A stretch of DNA of 64,000 nucleotides from Octopus sinensis. Lineage: Eukaryota. Positions 25,686 through 37,945 of this stretch are shown here, piece by piece (the first letter of the stretch is position 1; the number at the start of each line of letters is the position of its first letter). Made by a program: the position numbers and the translations under genes. Under the pieces are notes generated by a model. It ran no database searches. It was not told the DNA's origin and worked only from the letters and a program-made list of their open reading frames with translations. The DNA lies in contig NC_043022.1 in the NCBI RefSeq assembly GCF_006345805.1, forward strand, positions 15,500,001 through 15,564,000. Reading direction: 5' to 3'.

Positions 25686-25726
25686 CCTTAGACTTTCCTG
25701 CCAGGTGAGTCATATTCCACAGGTGT

Positions 25727-26133
25727 ATTCTTTTCTTTATTTTACTTGTTTCAGTCATTTGACTGCGGCCATGCTGGAGCACCGCCTTTAATCGAGCAAC
25801 TCGACCCCAGGACTTATTCTTTTGTAAGCCCAGTACTTATTCTATCGGTCTCTTTTGCCGAACCGCTAAGTGACGGGGACGTAAACACACCAGCATCGGT
25901 TGTCAAGCAATGCTAGGGGGACAAACACACACCACACACACACACATATATATATATATATACATATATATGACAGGCTTCTTTCAGTTTCCGTCTACCA
26001 AATCCACTCACAAGGCATTGGTCGGCCCAGGGCTATAGCAGAAGACACTTGCCCAAGATGCCACGCAGTGGGACTGAACCCGGAACCATGTGGTTGGTTA
26101 GCAAGCTACTTACCACACAGCCACTCCTGCACC
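25727..26133 (-). mobile_element. SINE family A, full length
   Basis: Collinear with 20341-20741. Confidence 0.9.
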
Positions 26134-26499
26134 TATATGTCCCATTTTTCTCAACAGTTTCTTTGATCTTTCCAATTTGCTTTCTTCCCGCTCCTCAGGA
26201 CTTTTTCTTTTCTTTTCTGATTAATTTCTGTTTTTCTCTGAAGTATTTTCTGACTGTTTGCTCCCAGTATATATATTTTCCCTTCAAGCGTTAACATTAA
26301 TCATACCTTTGACTTACTGCACCTGAGCACTATACACAATAATTTCTGTATCATCATCATTACTATTATTATTATATAAACTCTTACACAACAAACATGA
26401 CTCAACGGTTCCTGACTAAAATGGATCACCTGAAAATGTCAGGTGAGAGAATATGATCTCAGTACAGTTTGTTTTTGAAAAAAAAAAAATCAATATATT

Positions 26500-26715
26500 C
26501 TCTTTTATTCTTTTACTTGTTTCAGTCATTTGACTGGGGTCATGCTGGAGCACCACCTTAAAAGGTTTTTAGTCGAAGAAATCGACCCCACTACTTATTC
26601 TTTGTAGGCCTAGTACTTATTCTATTTGTCTCCTTTGCTGAACTGCTAAGTTACAAGGACGTAAACACACCAGCATCAGTCGAGTGATGGAGGGGGCACA
26701 AACACAGACACACAA

Positions 26716-26746
<31 letters not shown>

Positions 26747-27113
26747 GATACGACAGGCTTCTTTCAGTTTCCATCTACCAAATTCACTCACAAGGTTTTG
26801 GTTGGCCCGAGGCTATAGTAGAAGACACTTGCCCAAGGTGCCACGCAGTGGGGCTGAACCCAGAACCATGTGGTTGGAAAGCAAGCTTCTTATTTCTTTA
26901 CTGCCCACAAGGGGCTAAACATAGAGGGGACAAACAAGGACAGACAAAGGGATTAAGTCGATTACATCGACCCTAGTGCCTAACTGGTACTTAATTTATC
27001 GACCCTGAAAGGATGAAAGGCTAAGTCGACCTCGGCGGAACTTGAACTCAGAACGTAACGACAGATGAAATACGGCTACACATTTCGCCCAGCTTCTTAC
27101 CACACGGCCACTC
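26500..27113 (-). mobile_element. SINE family A with a nested 5'-truncated family B SINE (26893-27090)
   Basis: 9-bp TSD AGCTTCTTA at 26884-26892 and 27091-27099. Confidence 0.85.
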
Positions 27114-27509
27114 CAAACCAAATTTTTGAGGAACTTTAATATAGTATTTTGTTTGTGTTGGGTCACACTGGTGCCATGTAAAAATCACCTAAGTTGGTGT
27201 CACATAAGATGCACCTGTGCTGGTGCCATGCATGCTGCACCTGTGCTGGTGTCACATAAAAAGTAATCATGCCAAAACCACTTAATAGCACTGGTGATGT
27301 TGCCAGGTAAAAATCACCCAGTCCACACATTGTAAAGTGGCTGGCATTTGGAAGGGCATCCAGCTGTAGAAACCAGGCGAAAACAGACAAAAGGAGCCTG
27401 GTGTAGCTCTCCAGCCTTGCCAACTCCTGTCAAAACATCCAATCCATGCCAGCATGGAAAAAAAAAAGAAACGGATGTTAAATAATGATGATGATGATGA
27501 TGATGGTAT

Positions 27510-27744
27510 AGGCGGGGGAAGCTGGCAGAAACGTTAGCACGCCGAGCGAGATGCTTAGCAGTATTTCCTCTGCCACTACATTCTGAGTTCAAATTCCGCC
27601 GAGGTCAACTTTGCCTTTCATCCTTTCGGGGTCGATTAAATAAGTACCAGTCACGCACTGGGGTCGATATAATCGACTTAATCCGTTTGTCTGTCCTTGT
27701 TTGTCCTCTCTGTGTTTAGCCCCTTGTGGGTAGTAAAGAAATAG
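27510..27744 (+). mobile_element. SINE family B, tail type 1, full length
   Basis: tRNA-like head, B box GAGTTCAAATTCC, Meta-like domain, tail TTTAGCCCCTTGTGGGTAGTAAAGAAATA. Confidence 0.9.
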
Positions 27745-28419
27745 ATGATGATGGATCCCTAAAAATCTTATATGGATCCCAGTTGAAAACTGGGTTACAC
27801 AGCCTAGATTCGGTGTCCATTGTTTCCAGGGTGTGTACAGGGTATACTAAAGCTTTTGACATATGTTTCTAAATTACGTTAGTCATCTAACATTTATTTA
27901 GTATCTTATAAGTTTGTTTGTCATTAGTCAAGACATTTTTCAAAAAAAAAAAAAAACTGTCAGTGTTTCCGTAATATATAACTAATTTTCTTTCCTTTTA
28001 TTTTTATTTCTTTGGTGCTCCAGCATGGCAACATCATTAGAACTGAAATTCATAAAAGCATAAAAGAATATAATCCTATTGTGTTTTCTGAATGTCCATA
28101 TTATGCATTCACCTATTTTTCAGCCTGATTACAAATGATTCAAATAGATTTATGTCAGAACACTTCATTTGTATAAACAGTTTGAGACTGGGATATAATG
28201 CTTTCCTGTGGAAGAAGACAGTGAGTCTAACATTTTGGGCAGTACACTCTTTATCAAAAGCTAATTGTTGAGGCATTATGTTCGTCCGCTTTCTTACATC
28301 AAAGCTTATTATCATCATCATTGTCATCGCGGTTTTAACATCTACTTTTCCCTGCAGGCAAGGGTTGGGCAGTTTTATTGTTTGACACAACCTATATATA
28401 TATGTGCGTGTATGTGTGA

Positions 28420-28520
28420 TATATATAATATCAATAATAATGATAAGAATTATTCAAAGTGGCATAGCATTAGTATGCCACTTTGAATAATTCTTATCAT
28501 TATTATTGATATTATATATA
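28420..28520. repeat. Fold-back palindrome (about 47-bp arms, 7-nt loop)
   Basis: AATAATGATAAGAATTATTCAAAGTGGCATA / TATGCCACTTTGAATAATTCTTATCATTATT. Confidence 0.9.
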
Positions 28521-28593
28521 TATGTATATAAAAGAAAAGAAAATGGAGATAAGTATGTTAATTGTTTATTATTGACAAATTGGTCGCCTTCGC

Positions 28594-28688
28594 TTCTTAC
28601 AGGTGTTTCAATTAATACTCAATAATCTAATTACAAATTTGTACATTAAATTTACATTTGTGACATGAGTATAATTTCACCAGAGGAA
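28594..28688 (-). ncRNA. Hammerhead-like motif with long stem II (A6>G)
   Basis: UUCCU-CUGGUGA-AAUUAUACUCA..UGAGUAUUAAUU-GAAAC-ACCU-GUA-AGAAG. Confidence 0.55.
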
Positions 28689-28757
28689 AAAGGGTGTACC
28701 TTTGGATGGTATATGTGGGCTTATCATTCATTCCAGTATTTTTATATATTTATATAA

Positions 28758-28971
28758 AGATGGCGAGCTGGCAGAATCATTAGCACACCGGGTGAAATGC
28801 TTAGTGGTATTTCGTCTGCCGTTACGTTCTGAGTTCAAATTCCGCCCAGGTCGACTTTGCCTTTCATCCTTTCAGGGTCGATTAAATAAGTACCAGTTGC
28901 GTACTGAAGTCGATCTAATAGACTGGTGCCCTCCCCAAAAATTTCAGGCCTTGTGCCTAGAGTAGAAAAGA

Positions 28972-28972
<1 letters not shown>
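28758..28972 (+). mobile_element. SINE family B, tail type 2, full length
   Basis: Same head and central domain as 27510; tail CCCCAAAAATTTCAGGCCTTGTGCCTAGAGTAGAAAAG. Confidence 0.9.
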
Positions 28973-29020
<48 letters not shown>

Positions 29021-29489
29021 GACATACACTGAACTCAAAAATTATATGCCCTCTTGTTTCTGTAATTTATTTTTTATGAAAACAAAAACAGGAATTGAGC
29101 AATTCCATCATCTTTTGAGAGTCTCCTTGCTTTCTGATGCACCTCTTCCAGTGGTTTACAAGCTTGCTTACACCATCTGAGAAGGTTTCTCGGTTAGTTG
29201 CACAGCCATTCTGCACCACTTCCTGTGCTTCTCCATCGGAAGCAAATCAATGACCTCGTAAAGTATGTCTGAGCTGTCCAAAGAGGTGATAGTCAAAAGC
29301 GGCAAGATCTGGACTTTATACAGGGGGTTGCAGCAATTCAAAGCCCAATTTTTCAATGGGTGGTCATATGTGGGTAGGCATTGTCATACAACATTGACAC
29401 TTGCTTTGACAATAGATCTCAGCATTTGGCACGAATTGCTAGTTTCAGTTCATTGGCCAGCATTTCACCGCAGCTTGCTTGAGACAGCA

Positions 29490-29740
29490 TTCACCCGGGG
29501 TGGGTTGAGCTGGCTTCATTCATCCTCAATGCTGCATCTCTCACAAACGCCGACCAGGCCTGGTGATTTGAGGCTAACAACCGTGTGATCTCCAACCACT
29601 CCCTATTGCAGCGGCGAACGCCATAGATATGGGGGGGGGGGCCTAGGTTGGGTTCCAGATCAGCCTTGGCTGTCATCAGCCAGGTTTTTTGTTGTCCATC
29701 ACATCGTTTTCGCCAACCATTCATTTCACCACAGCCTACA
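29490..29740 (-). mobile_element. RTE-clade LINE C-terminal fragment (second RTE family)
   Basis: RKRCDGQQKTWLMTAKADLE..GVRRCNREWLE..AWSAFVRD resembles RTE ORF ends. Confidence 0.65.
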
Positions 29741-29850
29741 TTGGTAATCATAGACCACTCCCCTCCTTTTCCAGGTTATGCTCCAATATAGGCCCTCTTG
29801 TATGTTGTTCCACTTATAAATTCTTCTAAATGGTAGAACGTTGTCTTCAT

Positions 29851-30083
29851 AAGGCGGTGAGCTGGTAAAATCGTTAGCACGCCGGGCGAAATGCTTAGCG
29901 GTATTACATCGGACACTATGTTCTGAGTTTAAATTCCGCCAAGGTCGATTTTGCGATTTATCCTTTTGGGGTCGATAAATTAAGTACCAGTTATGCACTG
30001 GAGTTGATGTAATCGACTTAATCCCTTTGTCTGTCCTTGTTTGTCCCCTCTATGTTTAGCCCCTTGTGGGCAATAAAGAAATA
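29851..30083 (+). mobile_element. SINE family B, tail type 1
   Basis: Perfect 16-bp TSD AGAACGTTGTCTTCAT (29835-29850, 30084-30099). Confidence 0.93.
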
Positions 30084-30365
30084 AGAACGTTGTCTTCATG
30101 TTGCACTGAAAGCCCACAATGAATTCCAAGCCTTGAGATTCCTTCAAACAGAAAAATCGGATCAACGATCTCTGTTCTTCCTTGGTGCACTCAGCCAGTG
30201 GACAGTGCTGTTTACTCTGGAACACATTTAAAGAAACCAGAAGCAATCAAAGACAAACAAGACTATCAACCTTTAGCAAGATCTAAGGGCAATATGGCCA
30301 ACCCAAAGAAAATTTCAGCAAAAGCACTGATAATTTTTAACTTCCCCTAGTGTGTGTGTATGTGT

Positions 30366-30416
<51 letters not shown>

Positions 30417-30632
30417 AGGCGGCGAGCTGGTAGAAACGTTGGCACGCCAGGCGAAATTCGTAGCAGTATTTCGTCTGTCATTACGTTCCGAGTTCAAATT
30501 CCTCCGAGGTCGACTTTGCCTTTCATCCTCTCGGGGTCGGTAAATTAAGTACCAGTTACGCACTGGAATCGACTTAATCCCTTTGTCTGTCCTTGTTTGT
30601 CCCCTCTATGTTTAGCCCGTTGTGGGTAGTAA
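30417..30632 (+). mobile_element. SINE family B, tail type 1
   Basis: Collinear with 27510-27744, with a small internal deletion. Confidence 0.88.
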
Positions 30633-30678
30633 AAAAATATATATATATATATGTGTGTGTGGGTGTGTGTCTGTGTAA

Positions 30679-31015
30679 AGGTGCATGGCTCAGTGGTTAG
30701 AGCGTCGAGTTTACGATCGTGAGGTTGTGAGTTCAATTCCCGGGCCAGGTTGCGTGTTGTGTTCTTGAGCAAGACACTTTATTTCACGTTGCTCCAGTTC
30801 ACTCAGCTGTAGAAATGAGTTGCAACATCACAGGTACCAAACTGTATCGGCCCCTTTGCCTTTCCCTTGGATAACATCAGTGGCATGGAGAAAAGAGGCT
30901 GGTATGCATGGGTGACTGTCGGTCTTCCATAAACAACATTGCCCGGACTTGTGCCTCGGAGGGTAAATTTCTAGGTGCAATCCCATGGTCATTCATGATA
31001 GAAGGGCGTCTCCTC
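30679..31015 (+). mobile_element. SINE family C (tRNA-Arg-like head, CORE-like domain)
   Basis: TGGCTCAGTGGTTAGAGC..TTACGA..GAGTTCAATTCC then TGTGTTCTTGAGCAAGACACTTTA. Confidence 0.85.
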
Positions 31016-31099
31016 CATATATATAAATGCATAGAACACTCTAGGCTTCATCAGAGTCTAAAAAGTTCAAAGGACTAATGCAAGTATAGATAAATATAT

Positions 31100-31144
<45 letters not shown>

Positions 31145-31178
31145 AATATATATACATATATATACACACATACAACCT

Positions 31179-31364
31179 CGTGTGTACCGTTGGCGATTTT
31201 TTTCCTGTCTTCCCTTCTCTGGATCTTTCCTTCTATGTTTCCGACGAAGAGCTCCACGCTCGAAACGTTAAACCCTCCTTCTTTCCTGAGCCTCCAATAA
31301 TACTATATTTGTTCCACGTCCTCACGTTGTTGTGTTTTTTTGTGCTTTCTTGTTTGGATTAACT
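31179..31364 (+). mobile_element. About 190-bp HHR-bearing short element (family H1)
   Basis: HHR at 31237-31273: GUUU-CCGACGA-A-GAGC-UCCAC-GCUC-GAAAC-GUU-AAAC. Confidence 0.8.
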
Positions 31365-31365
31365 T

Positions 31366-31405
<40 letters not shown>

Positions 31406-31802
31406 TACATACATACACACATATATATACACATAAGAATTAGTTACTAGTAGGTACAGTACATTATTCCTACTAAAGAGTGTATAAGAAGAGTAACAAT
31501 AAGAGCAAAATAGGAGCAACCAATAGAGTTTGAGAGGAGTACGACTTTGTAGAAAGGAAATGCGTTCCTTACTTTTCATAAAAAGCCTTTACTTCTTTTT
31601 TATTAACAATGTGCATTTTCGTTGATTTTACATTACCACGTGTAGTTTCTATTTTCTTTTTGGAACATATTTCTATTATATATATATATATACACATAGA
31701 CACATACATATTTCACATCTAGTGGTGGACCGATGGGTATAGTTATTTTTAGTATGAGTTTTTATTAGGAAAGTTGGATTCATGCAGTGGTTCATATTTT
31801 GC

Positions 31803-31835
31803 CTGACGAGAGGCAAATACCTCGAAACTATAGTC
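31803..31835 (+). ncRNA. Hammerhead catalytic core without a clear stem I
   Basis: CUGACGA-GAGG-CAAAUA-CCUC-GAAAC-UAUA-GUC; canonical core and GUC triplet; flanks do not pair. Confidence 0.55.
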
Positions 31836-32127
31836 CGTGCGTATCACTTAGGTTTTCGAGAGGGGATGACCTCCCTTTGCGAATATCAGAAGAGCACAGA
31901 AAGTGTGTCTAAAGCCAGCTGGAGACGATGATCTCCTGGGGCTATAAGCTTCTGTAACACCCACCCCCAGTGGCTAGCCACATTCAGATGGCTAGTACAC
32001 TTTACGTTATAATTATACTATGTGTCGTATATTTATATATGAATGAATAAATATATTTTTGAGAATGATATAAAGTTGTTCTGACCAACTGGAGTGTTTA
32101 TCCATTATACCTATATATATATATACC

Positions 32128-32163
<36 letters not shown>

Positions 32164-33103
32164 ATAAAAAAGAAATTTTGTCTCTTTTTATGGAAACAAA
32201 AGGGTTTATAGTACTGCAAAAAAGAAGTGCTCAAATGTGATTGAGACAGAGATAAAGAAACATTGATCATAGAACAAACATCAAATTCGAGTCAATGACT
32301 TTTATATCTAACACCATACTTCCAAACATTTGATCATATATAAATATTACCATGGGTGTTAGACATATAAAGGCGGAGGTGAAGAGAATGGATCGCACCT
32401 CCTTTGGGATTGGGGTTTTTTTTTTTACTGGAACCCACTTATATCGAATGCGGAGATTCCGAATCTGCAAAAAAATCTGCATTGCAAAAATTTACGAATT
32501 ACCAAAGAAAAAATTTGAAAATTTAACACACACACCACTAATTTCTTAATTTAGAAATATATTTTGGCGAAATATTACGGAGATTTTGATTCTAAAAAAA
32601 TTTAATAAATACCCCTCCCTTCCACCCTTTAACAGAAAGTGAAATTTCCATCCTTTTTGTCTTTGCCAGAGGGGAAAATTTTGAAAACGTATTTTGGGGG
32701 TTTTCAAAAATCTTCAAATCGAAAATCTGACAAGCTAGAAACAACAGCCAAACCGAGGATCAACTTTCTAAATACGAATTACCAAAAAAGACATTTTTTT
32801 ATGTCAATTTGTTTGTGTGTGTGTGTGTGTGTGGGGGCGCAAAAAATCTACTTTTTACATAGCTTTCTTAATTGCAAAAACCCCTCAACCACAACATGTT
32901 GGGTTATGTTGGTCCTGAAACACTCACTCTACCCACTGCAGCATCTTCCCACGGACTCCAGTTTCTACATCAGCGTTAATGATGGTCACCATGCTTTACT
33001 TTCTTGTTGATCCTTTTTATTTCTTTTAATAATCGCTCTTCTATTTCTAAGTATTCTGCACGAATGGGGGTCGAGATGAGAAAACCCGCTTTCAAGCTGT
33101 CTG

Positions 33104-33420
33104 TCATCATCATCATCGTTTAGCGTCCGCTTTCCATGCTAGCATGGGTTGGACGGTTCAACTGGGGTCTGGGAAGCCCGAAGGCTTCATCAGACCTAGT
33201 CAGATCTGGCAGTGTTTCTACGGCTGGATGCCCTTCCTAACGCCAACCACTCCGTGAGTGTAGTGGGTGCTTCTTACGTGCCACCCGCAAAGGTGCCAGA
33301 CAGAGCTGGCAAACGGCCACGAACGGATGGTGCTTTTTATGTGCCACCGGCACGGGGGCCAGGCGAGGCTGGCAACGGACACGAACGGATGGTGCTTTTT
33401 ACGTGCCACCGGCACTGTGG
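33104..33420 (-). mobile_element. RTE LINE 3' UTR fragment
   Basis: (GAT)n tail, CCATGCTAGCATGG, UTR repeats. Confidence 0.88.
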
Positions 33421-34314
33421 ACCAATTAACCCTGGGAAGGTGGAAGTCCCCTTTCAATTAATATGTTGTCAGCATGGCACTGATGGATGAAACACTTAGA
33501 TACTATTGAAGCATTCATTGAAATGTAGAAAAGGGGTCAGGGGTAGTCTATTGGGCCCAGCTCTATAGATTGTTCAGCTCCCAAGAAATTTACGTGTATT
33601 TGTAATGTTGGTCGCAAAAGAGAAACATTTATGAAAATGTACAATAAATAAGTTTTCTTTACAGACCTTAATTGCAATTATCTATATAATTGATAATAAA
33701 GTTGGTATAAAATGATATTAAATGAAGGTTTAGTCACAAATCGATCAAGTTCGTAAATTTTTGACCTTTTTGTGACAAGACAGTGTCTCGAAACATTCTG
33801 ACGAAACAGGCGCCAAAGAAATATTGGCGTCAATATTTCTCAGGTGCTTGTTTTGTACATATACATAAAACCACAGAAGGTAAAGATATATTTGTGGTGC
33901 ACCTGGGCACTGTATACAATAATTTCATTATTATTATTATTATTATATATGCGAATAAAATACACATATATGGAACAGTCTAGCAAAAAGGAAAATACAA
34001 ACGAATAAAACTTGATAAAAATTCCAAAGCGTGTCATGCTACGAAGTAAAATAAAATATTAATTGACTGAAAATATTTACAAAACGTTTTTTACTCACCT
34101 CATAAACCCAAAAGGGTTCGATTCTTAAAAGCATGGTTGGTTAGAGTACAGGGGCATAAAAAAGGGAATTCTACAAGTGCCGAGGGAGCACCTTGTGTGT
34201 AATTTGAACCGCGGTAATGAGCAACTGAAATGGCCACATGGTCGGAAGGAACTTTGTGGAACTCTTATTTATTTTTTTTTTTTTTCTAACTTTCAAAACA
34301 ATTAAAAAAAAGGA

Positions 34315-34741
34315 GGCGATCTTTCGTCTCTAGTAGACCTTTCCGTCGATTTCCGTAAAAAAATTTTCTTTTTTTACATATGGGCTTGCGGGAACTTTTG
34401 AAGTAATGAGAGCGAAAGAGACTAAGAGAAAGCGATTCTATGACGAGGGAAGTTCTTTTGAAGTTACCGTGCATGGGAAGCCTTGATGTACATGTGTGTG
34501 TGTGTGTGTGTTTGATGGGGTGTGGGAGACAGACAGTATGTTGTGTAAGTGAAGTGCTTCTGTTAGTGTGTGTGAAGAGACAGAGAGAGTCCATGCACGG
34601 TAACTTCAAAAGAACTTCCCTCGTCATACAATCGCTTTCTCTTAGTCTCTTTCGCTCTCATTACTTCAAAAGTTCCCGCAAGCCCATATGTAAAAAAAAA
34701 AAATTATTTACGGAAAGGTCTACTAGAGACGAAAGATTGCC
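34315..34741. repeat. Long inverted repeat (about 150-160-bp arms) around a 114-bp spacer
   Basis: Arms at 34315-34476 and 34591-34741; near-identical apart from a 10-bp duplication in the left arm. Confidence 0.92.
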
Positions 34742-35346
34742 AAAAAGGAATATTTTAATTTCACTTTGTCGTAATTACTGCGGGGAAATTACTCTGAAAG
34801 AAATCTATGCAGAAAGGCGAATAGATTGATTATACATTTAAATTCCTTATGTAATCGCAGTTTTGTGAGATTTGGCTGTTATTTCTGGCATGTGAATAGC
34901 ATGCTGGGAGGGGGGTGGGGTGAAAAATTGAAATTTTCCAAACATGCTTTTTTTTTTTTTTTCAGAGTCATAATCTCCGTATTTTTTTGTATGTATTTCA
35001 CAAAAAAAAAATTTCCGGAAAAAGTGAAAAATGAAGAAATGGGGAGCAGGGGGGGGGGTGAAAGTTTGAAGTTGTGAATTTTGAAAAAATTTTTTTTTCC
35101 GGAATCGGAATCTCCATAACCTAAAACGTGCCAGGGGCATGGTGAAAATGGAGCGGGGTTATGATTCATGTAAAAACAACAAAATAATGAGTTCATGAGA
35201 TTATGTTTTATTTGTGAAATACAGTCGCTCTGAATTTGCTTCAGAAAGGGGTCTATTTTTGTGATGGTTAGTTGCAGGGTGGGGGCACTAGGAATATGGC
35301 CTGGGTGCTACAGGCACAGCAACCCCAAAAAAGTTTGGGAACCACT

Positions 35347-36120
35347 TCTCTACAGGCATGGATGTGTTGCCAGACAGACTTGTCTGAGGTGCGTGCAAAG
35401 TGAGGAAACCGTTCTGCACGCCCTCATTCAGTGTCCGGGCATTGCTGACTCGTGGGGTTATGTTGAGCAGTTGTTGTCAGGTGTGGGCAGGATCCGTCTG
35501 TCGGCCGAGTCTGTAGCGGTGATTGCACCGCCGCCCTCCTTCATTCGGGCAGGCAAGGCAGTTTTCCTTTCCTTGGTGGCTGTGGCGAAAGAGGTTGTTT
35601 AGTGGACAAGGCTGAAAGGCATGAGGACAGATACATTCCTCTTTGGTAGAGCTCACACTGACCTTTTCAAGTTTCACTCGAAAAGGAAATTGAGAGTGGA
35701 GAGGGAAGTGCTGGCCTCGAGTAAGTTTATCGAAAGGTGAGTGAAAGTTGCGAAACTGGCAAGAGTGGATGGTACGTCTCTAAGTGTAGACCTTTGAGTC
35801 GGGGAGAAGGAATTGGAAAGGTCACTTGCTCTAGGGGTTTCAGGGAGATCTCGGACAGTAGGGTTCCTCGATTACCCCTCAAGGCATTCCTGTATCAGGA
35901 AGGCCATGTCTCTATCATCCTCCCAGCCAACTTTATTTTTCTTTAATTTTTGTATACTATGCATATATATCTCCTCTTTTTCAGTATATACTTACTTTCT
36001 TTCTTTCTTTCCTTTCTTTTTATCATTTCATTATTATATGTAAACCCCCCCTACTTTATGTCTATCTTTGTTTTGTCCCCCCTCATCCTTTATCCTGGCG
36101 GCAAATAAATGAAACCGTTG
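35347..36120 (+). mobile_element. L1/Tx1-like LINE 3' end (ORF2 C-terminal cysteine-rich motif plus UTR)
   Basis: CLRCVQSEETVLHALIQC (CxxC..ETxxH..C, zf-RVT-like), in-frame stops, AATAAA before a simple-repeat tail. Confidence 0.8.
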
Positions 36121-36134
36121 TTGTTATTATTATC

Positions 36135-36610
36135 TTTTTTTTTTCTTCTTCTTTCAAATTTGCTTCCATTTCTTGCCGAGTGTCTTCCCGACTCCTAGGG
36201 CAAAGAAACTCATAGTATACATTGGTAGACCATTAAACTAAACTCACTAGTTCGTTAATTTTTTTTTTTTTGATAGAAATATAGTTAAATTAAAATACAT
36301 GGGTAGTAATAGTTCTCACATCGACAATGCTCTTCTCAATACGTGTGATGTACCAGTTAAGACAATCTTTTGCACTTCTTGCAGGGATGGTAAGCCAGGG
36401 ATCATTCTCATATAATTTTCGGTTCCCTTCTTGATCATTCCTAGTGCTCCTACGATCACTGGTATTGTAACCGCCTTGAGATGCCACATTTTCTCAATTT
36501 CAATGAGCAGGTCTTTATACTTTCTGAGCTTGTCAAACTCTTTCACCGAGATATTATGATCACAGGGGATGCTCATGTCGATCAATAAGCAAACTTTATT
36601 GTTTTGGTCT
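36135..36610 (-). mobile_element. Non-LTR retrotransposon 3' end with a restriction-like endonuclease (R2 superfamily; R4/NeSL/HERO-like)
   Basis: LIDMSIPCDHNISVKEFDKLRKYKDLLIEIEKMW..TIPVIVGALG, the D-x-IP..KE..K..KY..L RLE pattern. Confidence 0.8.
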
Positions 36611-36984
36611 TCTTCTTCTTCTTCTTCTTCTTATTATTATTATTATTATTATTATTATGATGATTAAGATGGTGAGCTAGTAAAATAATTAGCACTCAGG
36701 ACATTTCATCTGTCTGCACATTGTGAGTTCAAGTTCCACCAAACGCAAATTTACCTTTCATCCAGTACCGCCTGCCTGGCCCTCGTGCCGGTGGCACGTA
36801 AAAGCACCCACTACACTCTTGGAGTGGTTGGCATTAGGAAGGACATCCAGCTGTAGAAACTCTGCCAGATCAAGATTGGAGTCTGGTGCAGCCATCTGGT
36901 TGCCAGTCCTCAGTCAAATCGCCCAACCCATGCTAGCATGGAAAGCGGATGTTAAACGATGATTATTATTATTATTATTATTAT

Positions 36985-37530
36985 TGAGTGAGAGAGCAGT
37001 TCATGCCATCAAAGTGACACTGGGGTAAAATATACGAAGCCCAATATACCCATCATGACTACCCGTCTGATAAAGGTACACCAGGCACATGCATCACAAC
37101 CATATGTGCGCGACATGGTGATCTCATATCAAGATAAACAGCACATGACCTTGCAGGTGGGGCCCAGTTAGAATTTTCTTCAGGTTGAGTAGCCCATCCT
37201 GCTCAAAAGGTCCCTGAATAAGGGTTGCTTTAGGATGTTGAACGAAACACCTATGTTTCCAGAGGTGAGTTATTCAAACCCCAAAGAATCCCTCTCAACA
37301 CATGGCTATGATGCTCCCCCACTACTTCTGCTCGTGATCAGAGATGCACATATCGTCAGCCACTAAGGGACATGCTCAACTGGTTAAGGCCAAACAACTG
37401 ACAAGCAAATCTGTGGTATTGAGCAGAATATTTGCTGTAGCCCATCTTTTATACCAAGACAAAACAATGTACATGATAACACTTCCAATCAGTTAAAATC
37501 AGAAGCCATGAGAGCCACTGCCTGGTACTG
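36985..37530 (-). mobile_element. Unclassified about 545-bp non-autonomous repeat with an (AAT)n tail
   Basis: No ORF; its 3' end recurs at about 63795-63910; (AAT)n on both sides. Confidence 0.6.
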
Positions 37531-37741
37531 CATCAGGGCATTTATTATTATTATTATTATATTATTATTATTATTATATTATTATTATTATTATTGTTAT
37601 TATTTTTATCATTACTATTATTATATATTATTATTATATTATATTATTATTTTATTATTATCATTACTATTATTATTATTATTATTATCATTATTATTAT
37701 TATTATTATTTTATTATTATTGTTATTATTTTTATCATTAC

Positions 37742-37783
<42 letters not shown>

Positions 37784-37853
37784 GTTATTATTTTTATCAT
37801 TACTATTATTATTATTATTATTATTATTATCATTACTATTATTATTATTATTA

Positions 37854-37894
<41 letters not shown>

Positions 37895-37945
37895 GTTATT
37901 ATTTTTATCATTACTATTATTTTATTATTATCATTACTATTATTA

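Larger units (their letters stand above)
29027..30351 (-). mobile_element. Decayed mariner element with nested RTE fragment and SINE
   Basis: N-terminal CTKEEQRSLIRFF (about 30150-30200); C-terminal SPDLAAFDYHLFGQL..KLVNHWKRC (about 29120-29350); degenerate TIRs GAA(C/G)T(C/T)AAAAATTAT. Confidence 0.75.

Noticed and set aside
30679-30745. tRNA-Arg-like sequence (also 58189, 49566, 18520)
   Set aside because: No complete cloverleaf or terminator; each continues into a SINE or PLE body, so these are not tRNA genes.
34093-34265. Strong minus-strand donor GAG|GTGAGT at 34099/34098
   Set aside because: No open frame or acceptor upstream; an isolated consensus match is expected by chance.
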